Assembly (NCBI GenBank): GCA_043819075.1
Contig: JBDRFE010000074.1
Coordinates: forward strand, 1-27,957
DNA from: an archaeon
GTDB lineage: Archaea > Iainarchaeota > Iainarchaeia > Iainarchaeales > 1-14-0-10-31-34
DNA length: 27,957 bases
Direction of reading: 5' to 3'
Notes under the pieces: model-generated
Databases searched by the model: none
Seen by the model: only the letters and a program-made list of their open reading frames with translations
Told to the model about the DNA's origin: nothing
Part shown: one piece after another, positions 9,083 through 17,218 of the stretch
Layout: each line of letters starts with the position of its first letter
Position numbering within the stretch: the stretch's first letter is position 1
Made by a program: the position numbers and the translations under genes

Positions 9083-9445
9083 ATGGCGGAATTTGATGTT
9101 AGGTTAGCTGGTTTTCAGGATGTTTCAGAAATAGATAAAGGAATAATCAAGAATAACTGCCTTAAATTCTGTGAAAGGCATAACAAGAAACTGAAAAACA
9201 TTGAGTTCATTGAATTAAGATTAAAAGAACACCAGACTGAAGGCACAAGAAAAAAGTTTTCTATTCATTCTATTCTGGGTTTCAGCGGGACAATTCTTAC
9301 TTCAAAGGATTTTGGCTGGAATCTGGTTAAAGCAGCGGACGGCAGCCTGAAAAAACTTGAAAGAGAAATAAGCAGAAAGTTTGTGGGAAAAATTCAGGGA
9401 AAAAACAGAATCAATGCAAGAAAATTCAACAGGCTTTTAGAGTAA
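9083..9445 (+). CDS. HPF/RaiA-like (ribosome hibernation fold) protein, archaeal type
   Basis: Pattern L.LKEH..EG.RKKFSIH...T.KD.GWNL..A....L.KLERE resembles archaeal HPF-like domains; SD-like GGAGTTGG upstream. Confidence 0.6.
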   Translation: MAEFDVRLAGFQDVSEIDKGIIKNNCLKFCERHNKKLKNIEFIELRLKEHQTEGTRKKFSIHSILGFSGTILTSKDFGWNLVKAADGSLKKLEREISRKFVGKIQGKNRINARKFNRLLE

Positions 9446-9590
9446 ACTAAAATTCTGTGAATTAATTTAACAGGCTTTTATGGCAACCGGAATTCCTTGA
9501 ATTTTTTTGAACAGATTTTTTGAACTCAGGAATTTCGTGAATTTCCTGAAGCAGGTTTTTTGAAGAACTAGAATTCCATGAATTCCTTGA
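9428..9590. repeat. Four degenerate 40-41-bp tandem repeats spanning a convergent gene junction
   Basis: Units start at 9428, 9469, 9510 and 9550; approximate consensus AACAGG(C/T)TTTT...AATT(C/T)..TGAATT. Confidence 0.75.
9526..9549. terminator. Possible hairpin between convergent genes
   Basis: TCAGGAA-TTTCGTGAAT-TTCCTGA inverted repeat, followed by GGTTTTTT. Confidence 0.35.
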
Positions 9591-10470
9591 ATTGTTCAAA
9601 CCTTTCTTTTATTTTAAACTGGTTTACAAAATTCAGGTTTGTTACGCCAATGCCTTCAACTTCAAGTGAAGCCACAACAGAGCCATAAACCATTGCATTC
9701 CTTATATTTGTTTCATTTACTTCATTGCATTTTGCAAGATAGCCTGTTAATGCTCCGGCAAAACTGTCTCCTGCTCCTGTTGGGTCTTTAATGTCTTCTA
9801 ATGGATAGCCTGGAACAGAGAAATGGCTTTTTTCTGAAAACATTACTGCACCGTGCTCGCCTTTTTTTATTATTGCATAATCTGAGTCAAGTTTTAAAAT
9901 TTCTTTTGCCGCTTTAACTAAGTTTGTTGTGGTAAATAATTCTCTTGCTTCAGCGTCATTCATTAAAGCAATATCAACTGCTTTCACTACCTCAAGGACT
10001 TTGTCTTTTTTTGTTTCAATCCAGTAATTCATTGTATCACTTACAACTAATTTTGGTTTTTTTATCTGCTGTAATATATTTAACTGTAACTCTGGGTCAA
10101 TGTTTCCCAAAAAAACAAATTCTGCTTCCTTGTATTCTTCGGGAATTTTTGGATTGAAATTTTCCATTACATTTAATTCAGTTTTAAGCGTGTGAGCAGT
10201 GTTTAAGTCAAACTCGTATTTTCCGCTCCAGCGGAATGTTTTTCCTTCAACTTCTTCAATTCCTTTAGTGTTAATTCCTCTTCTGTCCATTAACTGAATG
10301 TGTTCTTTTGGAAAATCTGTTCCGACAACACCTACTACTCCTGTTTCAGAGAAAAAGCTTGAGGCAATAGAAGAATAAACCGCGCTTCCGCCTAAAGTGT
10401 TAAGCCGTTTCTCAAAAGGGGTTTCAATGTCATCTAATCCAATGCTTCCCACAATCAAAACTTTTATCAT
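9568..10470 (-). CDS. PfkB/ribokinase-family carbohydrate or nucleoside kinase
   Basis: N-term VGSIGLD..LGGSA; NDAEA; KKGEHGA; signature DPTGAGDSFAG. Start placed at ATG 10470 (MIKVLIVG). Confidence 0.92.
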   Translation of the reverse strand: MIKVLIVGSIGLDDIETPFEKRLNTLGGSAVYSSIASSFFSETGVVGVVGTDFPKEHIQLMDRRGINTKGIEEVEGKTFRWSGKYEFDLNTAHTLKTELNVMENFNPKIPEEYKEAEFVFLGNIDPELQLNILQQIKKPKLVVSDTMNYWIETKKDKVLEVVKAVDIALMNDAEARELFTTTNLVKAAKEILKLDSDYAIIKKGEHGAVMFSEKSHFSVPGYPLEDIKDPTGAGDSFAGALTGYLAKCNEVNETNIRNAMVYGSVVASLEVEGIGVTNLNFVNQFKIKERFEQFKEFMEF

Positions 10471-10522
10471 GAAAAAAATCACTTCAAAAATCATTAAAAA
10501 ACAATCCCTGTTTTATTCTTGT

Positions 10523-11359
10523 ATGCCGGAAAAATTATTGTTTGGCACTGCAGGAATTCCTTTTAGCACTAAAATTCGTTCAACTGAAAACGGAATAAAA
10601 AGAATTAAAGAATTAGGCTTAGGCTGCATGGAATTAGAGTTTGTTCACAGCGTGAATATTTCAAGAGATGTTGCGCCAAAAATTAAGTCTGTTGCAGTAA
10701 AAGCTGAAGTTGAATTAACTGTTCATGCTCCATACTATATTAACCTTAATGCCTTGGAAAGGCCTAAATTTCATGCTTCAGTTAACAGGATTTTAAGCGC
10801 TGCAAGAATCGGTTTTTTGTGCGGAGCAAAATCTGTTGTATTTCACGCAGGGTTTTACTTACAGCAAAATCCTGTAACTGTTTCAGAAAAAATCAAGGCA
10901 GGAATAAAAGAAATAGAAAAAAAGCTTTTAGATGAAGGCATTGACATCTGGCTTCGCCCTGAAACAACCGGAAAAGCAACCCAGTGGGGTTCACTTGAAG
11001 AAATTGTTTTTCTTTCAGAGGACTTTGAAAGAGTTTTGCCTTGCGTTGATTTTTCTCATCTGCATGCAAGAAGTGCTGGGAAAAACAATTCTTTTGATGA
11101 ATTCACTGAAAACCTTTCTTTGATTGAATCAAAATTAGGAAGAAAAGCTTTGGATGAAATGCATATTCATTTAAGCGGAATTGCTTACTCTGATAAAGGC
11201 GAAAGAAATCATTTAATTTTAAAAGAAAGTGACATGAATTACAAGGACTTATTAAAAGTTTTAAAAGACTTTAAGGTCAAGGGTTGGCTGACTTGCGAGT
11301 CACCGAATTTAGAGGAAGATGCTTTGCTTTTAAAAAAAGAATTTGATAAAATAAAATAA
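10523..11359 (+). CDS. nfo: Endonuclease IV (AP endonuclease family 2), archaeal type
   Basis: FGTAG, ELEFV, HAPYYINL, FHAG, PETTGK, CVDFSHLHAR, HIHLSGI, GERNH, CESP. Start at ATG 10523 avoids overlap with pfkB. Confidence 0.92.
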   Translation: MPEKLLFGTAGIPFSTKIRSTENGIKRIKELGLGCMELEFVHSVNISRDVAPKIKSVAVKAEVELTVHAPYYINLNALERPKFHASVNRILSAARIGFLCGAKSVVFHAGFYLQQNPVTVSEKIKAGIKEIEKKLLDEGIDIWLRPETTGKATQWGSLEEIVFLSEDFERVLPCVDFSHLHARSAGKNNSFDEFTENLSLIESKLGRKALDEMHIHLSGIAYSDKGERNHLILKESDMNYKDLLKVLKDFKVKGWLTCESPNLEEDALLLKKEFDKIK

Positions 11360-11361
11360 TT

Positions 11362-12018
11362 TCAGTTCTCTTTTTCTATTCTTTCAACCATTTCATTAAA
11401 TTCCGGCTTTATTTCATCAAATCTTGGTTCCGCATTGATTTCTTTCAGCATGCCTTTCTGCCTGTAAAATTCAATTAAAGGCTTTGTCTGTTTCTTGTAT
11501 TCTTCTAATCTTTTTTTTATTGCATCAATTTTGTCGTCGTCTCTTGTAATTAGTTCTCCGTCGCAGGCATCGCATTTTCCTTTTTTTTTCGGCGGAATAA
11601 ATTTTTTGTGGTAAACTTTGCTGCAGTTTTTGCAGGTTAGCCTTCCCCCGATTCTTTCAAAAGTCGTTTCATCTGAGATAGTGAAATTAATTACTGTATG
11701 AATTTTCTGGTTATGCTTTTCCATTATTTTTTCCAATAGTTCAGCCTGTTTTAATGTCCTTGGATAGCCGTCTAAAATAATTCCTTTTTCTTTTTCTTCT
11801 TCAATTTTTTTTTCAATTAATTCTGCTACCAGTTCATCCGGCACCAATAAACCAGCATTCATTATTTCTTTTGCTTTTTTTCCTGTTTCTGTTCCGGCTT
11901 TTACTTCAGCCCTCAATAAATCTCCTGCACTAATCTGCACCAGGCCTTTTTCCCTGTTTAAGTACTGTGCAAAAGTTCCTTTGCCTGCGCCCTGCTGGCC
12001 CAAAAAAATCAAGTTCAT
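11362..12018 (-). CDS. adk: Adenylate kinase, bacterial-type with Zn-binding LID
   Basis: P-loop GQQGAGKGT, ISAGDLLR, GLLVPD, LDGYPRT..QA, LID CKNC..CDAC, RDDD. Confidence 0.96.
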   Translation of the reverse strand: MNLIFLGQQGAGKGTFAQYLNREKGLVQISAGDLLRAEVKAGTETGKKAKEIMNAGLLVPDELVAELIEKKIEEEKEKGIILDGYPRTLKQAELLEKIMEKHNQKIHTVINFTISDETTFERIGGRLTCKNCSKVYHKKFIPPKKKGKCDACDGELITRDDDKIDAIKKRLEEYKKQTKPLIEFYRQKGMLKEINAEPRFDEIKPEFNEMVERIEKEN

Positions 12019-12090
12019 TTTTTTTCCCGTAAAAATAAAAGCACAAAATCTTTTTAAACTTTGAAATACAACTTTATTTCAGTTGATTTT

Positions 12091-12879
12091 ATGCCAGAAC
12101 CGCCGAAAAGATTCAGGGAACCGCCAAAATATAAAACTTTTGCAGGCAGAAGGGTTAGAAGAAACCAGAGAAGAATTCAGCAGGGAAAAAAACCTTTAGC
12201 CCAGCCGCTGGAAATTGCTTCAGCAGAAGAAAGACATGCAGCATTCAGCAGAGGCAACATGGTTTTTGTTCACGGAAAGCAAACAATTGAACTGCCTTTG
12301 GTTCTTAAATTTTCGCGTTCAGAAAAAAGTACAATTAAATTCACCGGTTTTCTTCAGGGAGTATATCAGGCAGGAAAAAAGCTTTATAGTTTAAGGTCAA
12401 GGAGCCTTGGAGATTATTCTGTTATTGAATTGTTTGAAATAAAAAAAGAAAAAAAACATTACAGGGAAAAACCAGTTGTGATAAAAACTCCTGTTGGATT
12501 AGGCGGTTTTTTTAAGTTGAGTTATATTAGTACGCTTACTTCTTTCCGCAGGCAAAAAGACTTAGCTCACATGATAATTCCAGAAAACCTGCGCGGTTTT
12601 GGGATTGGATTAAAAGCCGCGTCAAAAACTGAAAGAGAACAAAGAGCGCTGAATGACGGAAGCCATAGTTTTGAAGTGTACCCAAAATCAAGGTTTTTGC
12701 AGTCAAGCTTGTTTGAAAAACTTGGTTACACTGTTTCAAGAAAAGGCAAAAAAGTGTTTTTAGCAAAAAAAGGAAGACACCAGCCAAAAGATGATATGGA
12801 AAAATTTCACAGAATTGAAGCAATTGACCCAAAAACAGGCAGGACAAGAATTTTTACTTTTCCAATAATGCAGGGCTAA
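12091..12879 (+). CDS. Orphan protein with basic N-terminal leader and GNAT-like domain
   Basis: Probable ATG at 12091 (MPEPPKRFREPPK); GNAT motif A-like IIPENLRGFGIG and motif B-like LFEKLGY. Confidence 0.65.
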   Translation: MPEPPKRFREPPKYKTFAGRRVRRNQRRIQQGKKPLAQPLEIASAEERHAAFSRGNMVFVHGKQTIELPLVLKFSRSEKSTIKFTGFLQGVYQAGKKLYSLRSRSLGDYSVIELFEIKKEKKHYREKPVVIKTPVGLGGFFKLSYISTLTSFRRQKDLAHMIIPENLRGFGIGLKAASKTEREQRALNDGSHSFEVYPKSRFLQSSLFEKLGYTVSRKGKKVFLAKKGRHQPKDDMEKFHRIEAIDPKTGRTRIFTFPIMQG

Positions 12880-13712
12880 TTTGCCTTAAAATCAATTACA
12901 ACCTGCACTTTTCTTGCGCTAAAAGGCCTTACAATCCTTTTATCCAATAAAACAAATTTTCTTTTCTGTTTACTGCATTCTTTTTCTGCCCTTGAAATTG
13001 CAGTTTCAAAAGCATTTTCTTTTTCAAGCACCTGATAAAAATGAATTACACCGTTTTTTTTCAGCGCTTTTAACGTTTGTTTCAAAAAAGTTTCCCCTCC
13101 GTGAGGCATTGGCATTACAATCCTGTCACACAAGTTTTTTAGTTTAGTTCCTGCAATCCTGTTTACATCGCCTTCAATTACTTCAATTCTACCCTGGCAT
13201 TTATTGAGTTCAATGTTTTTTTTCATGAATTTTACTGCAAAAGGATTTAATTCAACTGCAAAAGCTTTTTTCATTTCAGAGTTTTTTGCAAAAACAATCG
13301 GATAAGGTCCGGCTCCTGCAAAAAAACAGCCAACTACTTCATCTTTTTTTATCTGTTTTGAAATCCTGAGCCTTTCATTGCTTAATCTCGGGGAAAAAAA
13401 CACTTTTCTTGCATCAAAAACAAACCTGCATCCTGATTCCCTGTAGTCTGCAATAAAATTTTTTTCCCCTGCAATAATTTTTATTGGCTGTATTCTGTAT
13501 TTTCCTTTATGTTTTCCCGCAATCTTGCAGACAGTCTTAATGTTCTTGTTTGATTCAATTATTGTTTTCCCAATCAGCTTCTCTTTTTTTTCCAGTTCTT
13601 TCGGGATTTCAATTACCGCGATATTTCCCAGAGAATCAAAGCTTTTTACAAAAGCATTTTTTTCTTTTTCAGTTAATTTTTTTTCAAGCAATTGCTTAAG
13701 GTTTCCTGCCAT
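12876..13712 (-). CDS. trm5: Trm5/Tyw2-family SAM-dependent tRNA methyltransferase
   Basis: SFDSLGNIAVI, ESGCRF..D..KVFFSPRLSNER, FAGAGPY, VELNP.A, DRIVMP, GVIHFY. Start at ATG 13712. Confidence 0.85.
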   Translation of the reverse strand: MAGNLKQLLEKKLTEKEKNAFVKSFDSLGNIAVIEIPKELEKKEKLIGKTIIESNKNIKTVCKIAGKHKGKYRIQPIKIIAGEKNFIADYRESGCRFVFDARKVFFSPRLSNERLRISKQIKKDEVVGCFFAGAGPYPIVFAKNSEMKKAFAVELNPFAVKFMKKNIELNKCQGRIEVIEGDVNRIAGTKLKNLCDRIVMPMPHGGETFLKQTLKALKKNGVIHFYQVLEKENAFETAISRAEKECSKQKRKFVLLDKRIVRPFSARKVQVVIDFKAN

Positions 13713-13746
13713 AAAAAAAAATTGAATCAATTGTTTTTTATAATGC

Positions 13747-13850
13747 TTTTTTCCATGCGTTCAGCATAAAAAGGTTTTTCAGCCAAAAGCGTGTTTTTTT
13801 ATTTTCAGTTTTTTTCCTGCGTTCAGTATAAAAAGATTTTCAGTTAAAAG
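13747..13850. repeat. 62-bp-period duplication of a promoter-like segment
   Basis: TGCGTTCAGCATAAAAAGGTTTTTCAGCCAAAAG (13756) vs TGCGTTCAGTATAAAAAGATTTTCAGTTAAAAG (13818). Confidence 0.8.
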
Positions 13851-13857
13851 GATTTTT

Positions 13858-14712
13858 ATGGCATCTGATTTAATCAACGATTTTTTTGTTGACCCTATTT
13901 TAAGCCACTCAGGCTACAATTTAGTGAACACTTTTGTTTATGCTGCAATTCTTTTGTTAATCGCTTTTTTTGTTGTTTTCCCTTTTTTCAGGAAAAAAGG
14001 GATTAATTTTGATTTTGATTTCTTTAAAGCGGTTCTTCCTTTCATTGTTTTTGGTTCAACTATAAGAATTTTCGAGGAAAATTATTCTGCTGTTTACTTT
14101 GAATTATTTGAAAGGTCTGCCGACCCATTGTCTTTTGGCTTTTACACTGTTTCTCCAGGAATATACATTTTAGTCGGATTGCTCACGATTTTCAGCTTAA
14201 TTATTTCTTTTTTTATTTCAAAATACTTGAACAAAAAGCCTTTGCAGGTTTTTATGGGGGTAGGACTGCTGTTAAGCGTTCCTGTTGTGTTATATCATTT
14301 GCTTCATTTAACCCATGCTTTTGAATTCTTTTTTGTTTTTGCTTTCACTGGAGCAATAGTTTTTTCCGCAAAATTAATTGCAGGAAAACTCAGGCACGGA
14401 ATTCTTTCTTCTCCTATGAATCTTGCAGTGCTTTTCGGACAGGCTTTGGATGGGGTTGCAACTTTTACTGCACTGACTTTTTTTTCAGGCTACAGCGAAC
14501 AGCATGTTTTGTCAAATTTTGTCATAGAAACTTTTTCTCCCCTGGGTTTTGTTTTCCTGAAAGTTTTTCTTGCATTAATTGTTTTATGGTATGCTGACAA
14601 AGAAGTTGAAGACACAAATCTGAGGAATTTCATAAAGCTTTTTGTGATAATAATCGGTTTTGCGCCAGGAATAAGGGATGTTTTCAGCCTGGGCCTAACC
14701 ACACTTCCTTGA
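13858..14712 (+). CDS. DUF63-family multi-pass membrane protein
   Basis: GYNLVNT.VY, LPFIVFGS.IR, SPGIY, QALDG.AT, YSEQHVLS, GFAPGIRD. Confidence 0.88.
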   Translation: MASDLINDFFVDPILSHSGYNLVNTFVYAAILLLIAFFVVFPFFRKKGINFDFDFFKAVLPFIVFGSTIRIFEENYSAVYFELFERSADPLSFGFYTVSPGIYILVGLLTIFSLIISFFISKYLNKKPLQVFMGVGLLLSVPVVLYHLLHLTHAFEFFFVFAFTGAIVFSAKLIAGKLRHGILSSPMNLAVLFGQALDGVATFTALTFFSGYSEQHVLSNFVIETFSPLGFVFLKVFLALIVLWYADKEVEDTNLRNFIKLFVIIIGFAPGIRDVFSLGLTTLP

Positions 14713-14760
14713 GCCTGAATTAGAATTCGGTGCAAAAAATCTATTAAAAATAAAAACAGA

Positions 14761-14784
14761 GGAAAGAACTTTTTAATTCTTTCC
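14761..14784 (-). terminator. Stem-loop plus U-tract downstream of the micropeptide ORF (possibly bidirectional with DUF63)
   Basis: Minus strand GGAAAGAAUU-AAAA-AGUUCUUUCC (10-bp stem, one G-U pair), then UCUGUUUUUAUUUUU; the plus strand is followed by CAAATTTTTTTT. Confidence 0.55.
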
Positions 14785-14802
14785 CAAATTTTTTTTATTT
14801 AT

Positions 14803-14847
14803 TTATCTTTTTTTCTTCTTGGTTGTTTTCTTTTTTTTCTTTGCCAT
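14803..14847 (-). CDS. Putative 14-aa Lys-rich micropeptide MAKKKKKTTKKKKR
   Basis: GGAGGTTGATTTT-ATG GCA AAG AAA AAA AAG AAA ACA ACC AAG AAG AAA AAA AGA TAA, with upstream TATA and downstream hairpin. Confidence 0.55.
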   Translation of the reverse strand: MAKKKKKTTKKKKR

Positions 14848-14850
14848 AAA

Positions 14851-14922
14851 ATCAACCTCCTTTTTAAAAAAATTTATTTAACAGTATATAGGATTCATAT
14901 TATTTAAATGTTTTGTTTTAAA
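14851..14922. promoter_or_regulatory. Divergent promoter region: SD and TATA for the micropeptide (-), TATA for dph5 (+)
   Basis: Minus-strand GGAGGT at 14855-14860 and TTTAAATA at 14901-14908; plus-strand TTTAAA at 14917-14922, 20 nt before the dph5 ATG. Confidence 0.5.
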
Positions 14923-14942
14923 CAATATTTTGAAGTGAAAAA

Positions 14943-16034
14943 ATGTTTTTTTTAATCGGAATCGGCTTAAAAAAAAATAATTTAACGCTGGAAGCGCTTG
15001 AAAAAATAAATTCCTGCACAAAAATTTTTCTTGAATCATATACAAGCGCTTACTCTGAAGGAAAAATTTCAGGGCTTGAAAAGCTTTTCAGCAAAGAAAT
15101 CGTTTCCCTTGAAAGGAATTCTGTGGAAGAAAACGCGCTGAAATTTTTTTCTGGTGCAAAAAAAGAAAATATTGCATTGCTTGTTTTCGGGAACCCTTTG
15201 ACTGCAACAACGCATTTGTCGCTTCTCGCAGAATTAAAGAAAGAAAAAATTCTTTTTGAAGTTATTCCAGGAATTTCTGTTTCAAATTTTGTTTCTTTTA
15301 CTGGACTGCAGGAATACAAGTTTGGCAGGACGGTTTCAGTTGTTTTTCAGAGGGAAAATTATTCCCCTGAATCTTTTTTTGATGCAATAGAAAAAAACAA
15401 GTCTGTTGGCCTGCACACTTTATGCCTGCTTGACATTGAATCAGAAAAAAACAGGTTCATGAAAATAAATGATGCTTTAAAAATTCTTGAATCAATTGAA
15501 AGCAAAAGGAATAACAGGGTTATTTCTGAAAGCGTTTTAATAGGCATTTCAAGGGCTGGTTCAGCTGAAATGAAAATAAAAGCAGGCTCTTCAAAAGAAT
15601 TAAAAGAATTTGATTTCGGAAAACAGCCTCATTCGCTTATTGTCTGTGGGAACTTAAGCGAAGATGAAAAAGATTTTCTGAAAATTTTTAGCGGCTGGAA
15701 CGGAAAAAATAATGTTTCTGCAAAAAATTTTTCTGGTGAAGCAAGCCTTGGGATAAAACTTGCTGAAAAAACAAAAAAATATTTTTCTCTTACACAAAAG
15801 GCACTGGAAAAAATTGAGTTAAAAAAAGATTTGAATGCAAAAGACAAGGCTGTTGCACTGGATTTTCTTTCAATGGCAAAAAACTATTTTTCTGACGCAA
15901 AACACTTTAATGAAAAAAAAGACTTTCTTAATGCGCTTGCTTCTCTTTCTTATGCTCATGCATGGCTTGATGCAGGAATAAGAGCTGAATTGTTTGACGG
16001 AAAAGATGATGACGCCTTGTTTACTTTAAAGTAA
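14943..16034 (+). CDS. dph5: Diphthine synthase fused to a C-terminal DUF357 domain
   Basis: LIGIGL, FLESYTS, GNPLTATTH, GLQEYKFGRTVS, GLHTLCLLDI, PHSLIV; C-term MAKNYFSDAKHF..ALASLSYAHAWLDAG matches DUF357. Confidence 0.93.
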   Translation: MFFLIGIGLKKNNLTLEALEKINSCTKIFLESYTSAYSEGKISGLEKLFSKEIVSLERNSVEENALKFFSGAKKENIALLVFGNPLTATTHLSLLAELKKEKILFEVIPGISVSNFVSFTGLQEYKFGRTVSVVFQRENYSPESFFDAIEKNKSVGLHTLCLLDIESEKNRFMKINDALKILESIESKRNNRVISESVLIGISRAGSAEMKIKAGSSKELKEFDFGKQPHSLIVCGNLSEDEKDFLKIFSGWNGKNNVSAKNFSGEASLGIKLAEKTKKYFSLTQKALEKIELKKDLNAKDKAVALDFLSMAKNYFSDAKHFNEKKDFLNALASLSYAHAWLDAGIRAELFDGKDDDALFTLK

Positions 16035-16550
16035 TTAGAGAATCTTGTAATATAATTCAGTGCCTTTTAATTTCCTGTACCCTGATGAAAAGAAGATGCT
16101 GGCTGAAAACAAATTGTCTTTTCTCACTGCCCCTGCAATTATTCCTATTCTTCTTTCCCTTGCAAGCTCTTCAAGTGACCTGATTAACTGTTTTCCAATT
16201 CCTCTTTCAAGAAATTCTTTTGCATGGTATTCCGCTAGAATCTGGTAATTGATTAATGCAACATCTTTTTCTTTCATTATTCTTGTTATCGGCCCTCTCG
16301 CACGCTTGGCTGAACCGTGCGCTGAAAAAACCATTAAGTTTCCTGAAGCAACTTTTCCAGTTTTCTGCATACTGCTGTCAAGTTGAAACAGGTTTACCTC
16401 GAATTTTTTTCTTTCTTCCCCTAAAATTCTTTTCCCAAGCCTGAAAACAGACTGCATTCCTTTTACTGAAACAACAGCTCTTTTAATTCCAGGCTTTCTT
16501 TTTATGCCTGGAAAATTCAGCTTTAACTGTGTTCTTTTTCTTTTCAGCAA
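16035..16550 (-). CDS. GNAT-family acetyltransferase with basic N-terminal leader
   Basis: EFLERGIGKQLI (motif A), V.KDN..S..IF.SSGY (motif B); TTG start preceded by GAAGGT. Confidence 0.7.
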   Translation of the reverse strand: MLKRKRTQLKLNFPGIKRKPGIKRAVVSVKGMQSVFRLGKRILGEERKKFEVNLFQLDSSMQKTGKVASGNLMVFSAHGSAKRARGPITRIMKEKDVALINYQILAEYHAKEFLERGIGKQLIRSLEELARERRIGIIAGAVRKDNLFSASIFFSSGYRKLKGTELYYKIL

Positions 16551-16635
16551 AAAACCTTCTTTTTTTTAAATGCCTAAATAATTATGAACATGAGTAACTT
16601 TTTTAAATTCCTTTAGCCTTATTTTATGCGGTAAA

Positions 16636-17109
16636 ATGAGCATTTACGATGAATCAAAGTCCCTGCCGAAATTTTCTTTTGGCTTTAGTTATTCAAAGCT
16701 GAAATATCCAATTCTTGCAGTAATCGCTGTATTGCTGATTGCATTCCTTGTTGTTTCACTTTCTTCTTTGTTCAAGCCAGACCCATTGCTTGTTTCTTTT
16801 GAAAAACCTGAATTTGATTTAAGTGAAAGAAGTTCATTGCTGATGACTGTAGTTGTATTTAATGTATTAGAAGAGGATGCGGTTGACAGCGTAATAAAGG
16901 TTAATGCTGTTGACGAAAAATCCATAACAGTTTTTCCTGAAGAAATTACTGTTCCTGTTTTAGGCAAAGGCGAGTCAAGAACTTTTAATTTCAATTTAAG
17001 GGCTCTTAAAGAGAATATTTCTTCAGGAAATTATGAGATTCAGGTTGGCTTTCTTTCAGGCAACAGGCTTTTCGCCAAAAGAGTTGTGATTTACATTAAA
17101 AACAACTAG
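16636..17109 (+). CDS. Membrane-anchored protein with an Ig-like domain
   Basis: Single TM YPILAVIAVLLIAFLVVSL, then beta-rich LGKGESRTFNFNL..SSGNYEIQV. Confidence 0.75.
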   Translation: MSIYDESKSLPKFSFGFSYSKLKYPILAVIAVLLIAFLVVSLSSLFKPDPLLVSFEKPEFDLSERSSLLMTVVVFNVLEEDAVDSVIKVNAVDEKSITVFPEEITVPVLGKGESRTFNFNLRALKENISSGNYEIQVGFLSGNRLFAKRVVIYIKNN

Positions 17110-17113
17110 AATT

Positions 17114-17218
17114 TCAGTGCTTGTCCTGGGTTGTAATTTTCATTAAACACAGTTTATTTTAGTTTCTTATCCTGTGCTGTAATTTTCATTTAAAACAGCT
17201 GGTCAGTGTTTTATCCTG
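17114..17218. repeat. Degenerate 44-45-bp tandem repeats (about 2.4 copies) overlapping the acyP stop
   Basis: Units at 17114, 17159 and 17203: TCAGTGCTTGTCCTG..TGTAATTTTCATT / TTAGTTTCTTATCCTG..TGTAATTTTCATT / TCAGTGTTTTATCCTG. Confidence 0.7.

Noticed and set aside
9428..9590. CRISPR array interpretation of the 41-bp repeats
   Set aside because: Units are contiguous and degenerate with no unique spacers, they overlap coding ends, and no cas genes are present.
10397..10522. 42-aa N-terminal extension of nfo in the ORF track
   Set aside because: It overlaps the divergent pfkB start; family similarity begins at Met 10523.
14803..14847. Calling the micropeptide ribosomal protein eL41/eS32
   Set aside because: It lacks the Trp/Arg-rich KW.KKR.RRLKR pattern; only the size and charge are analogous.
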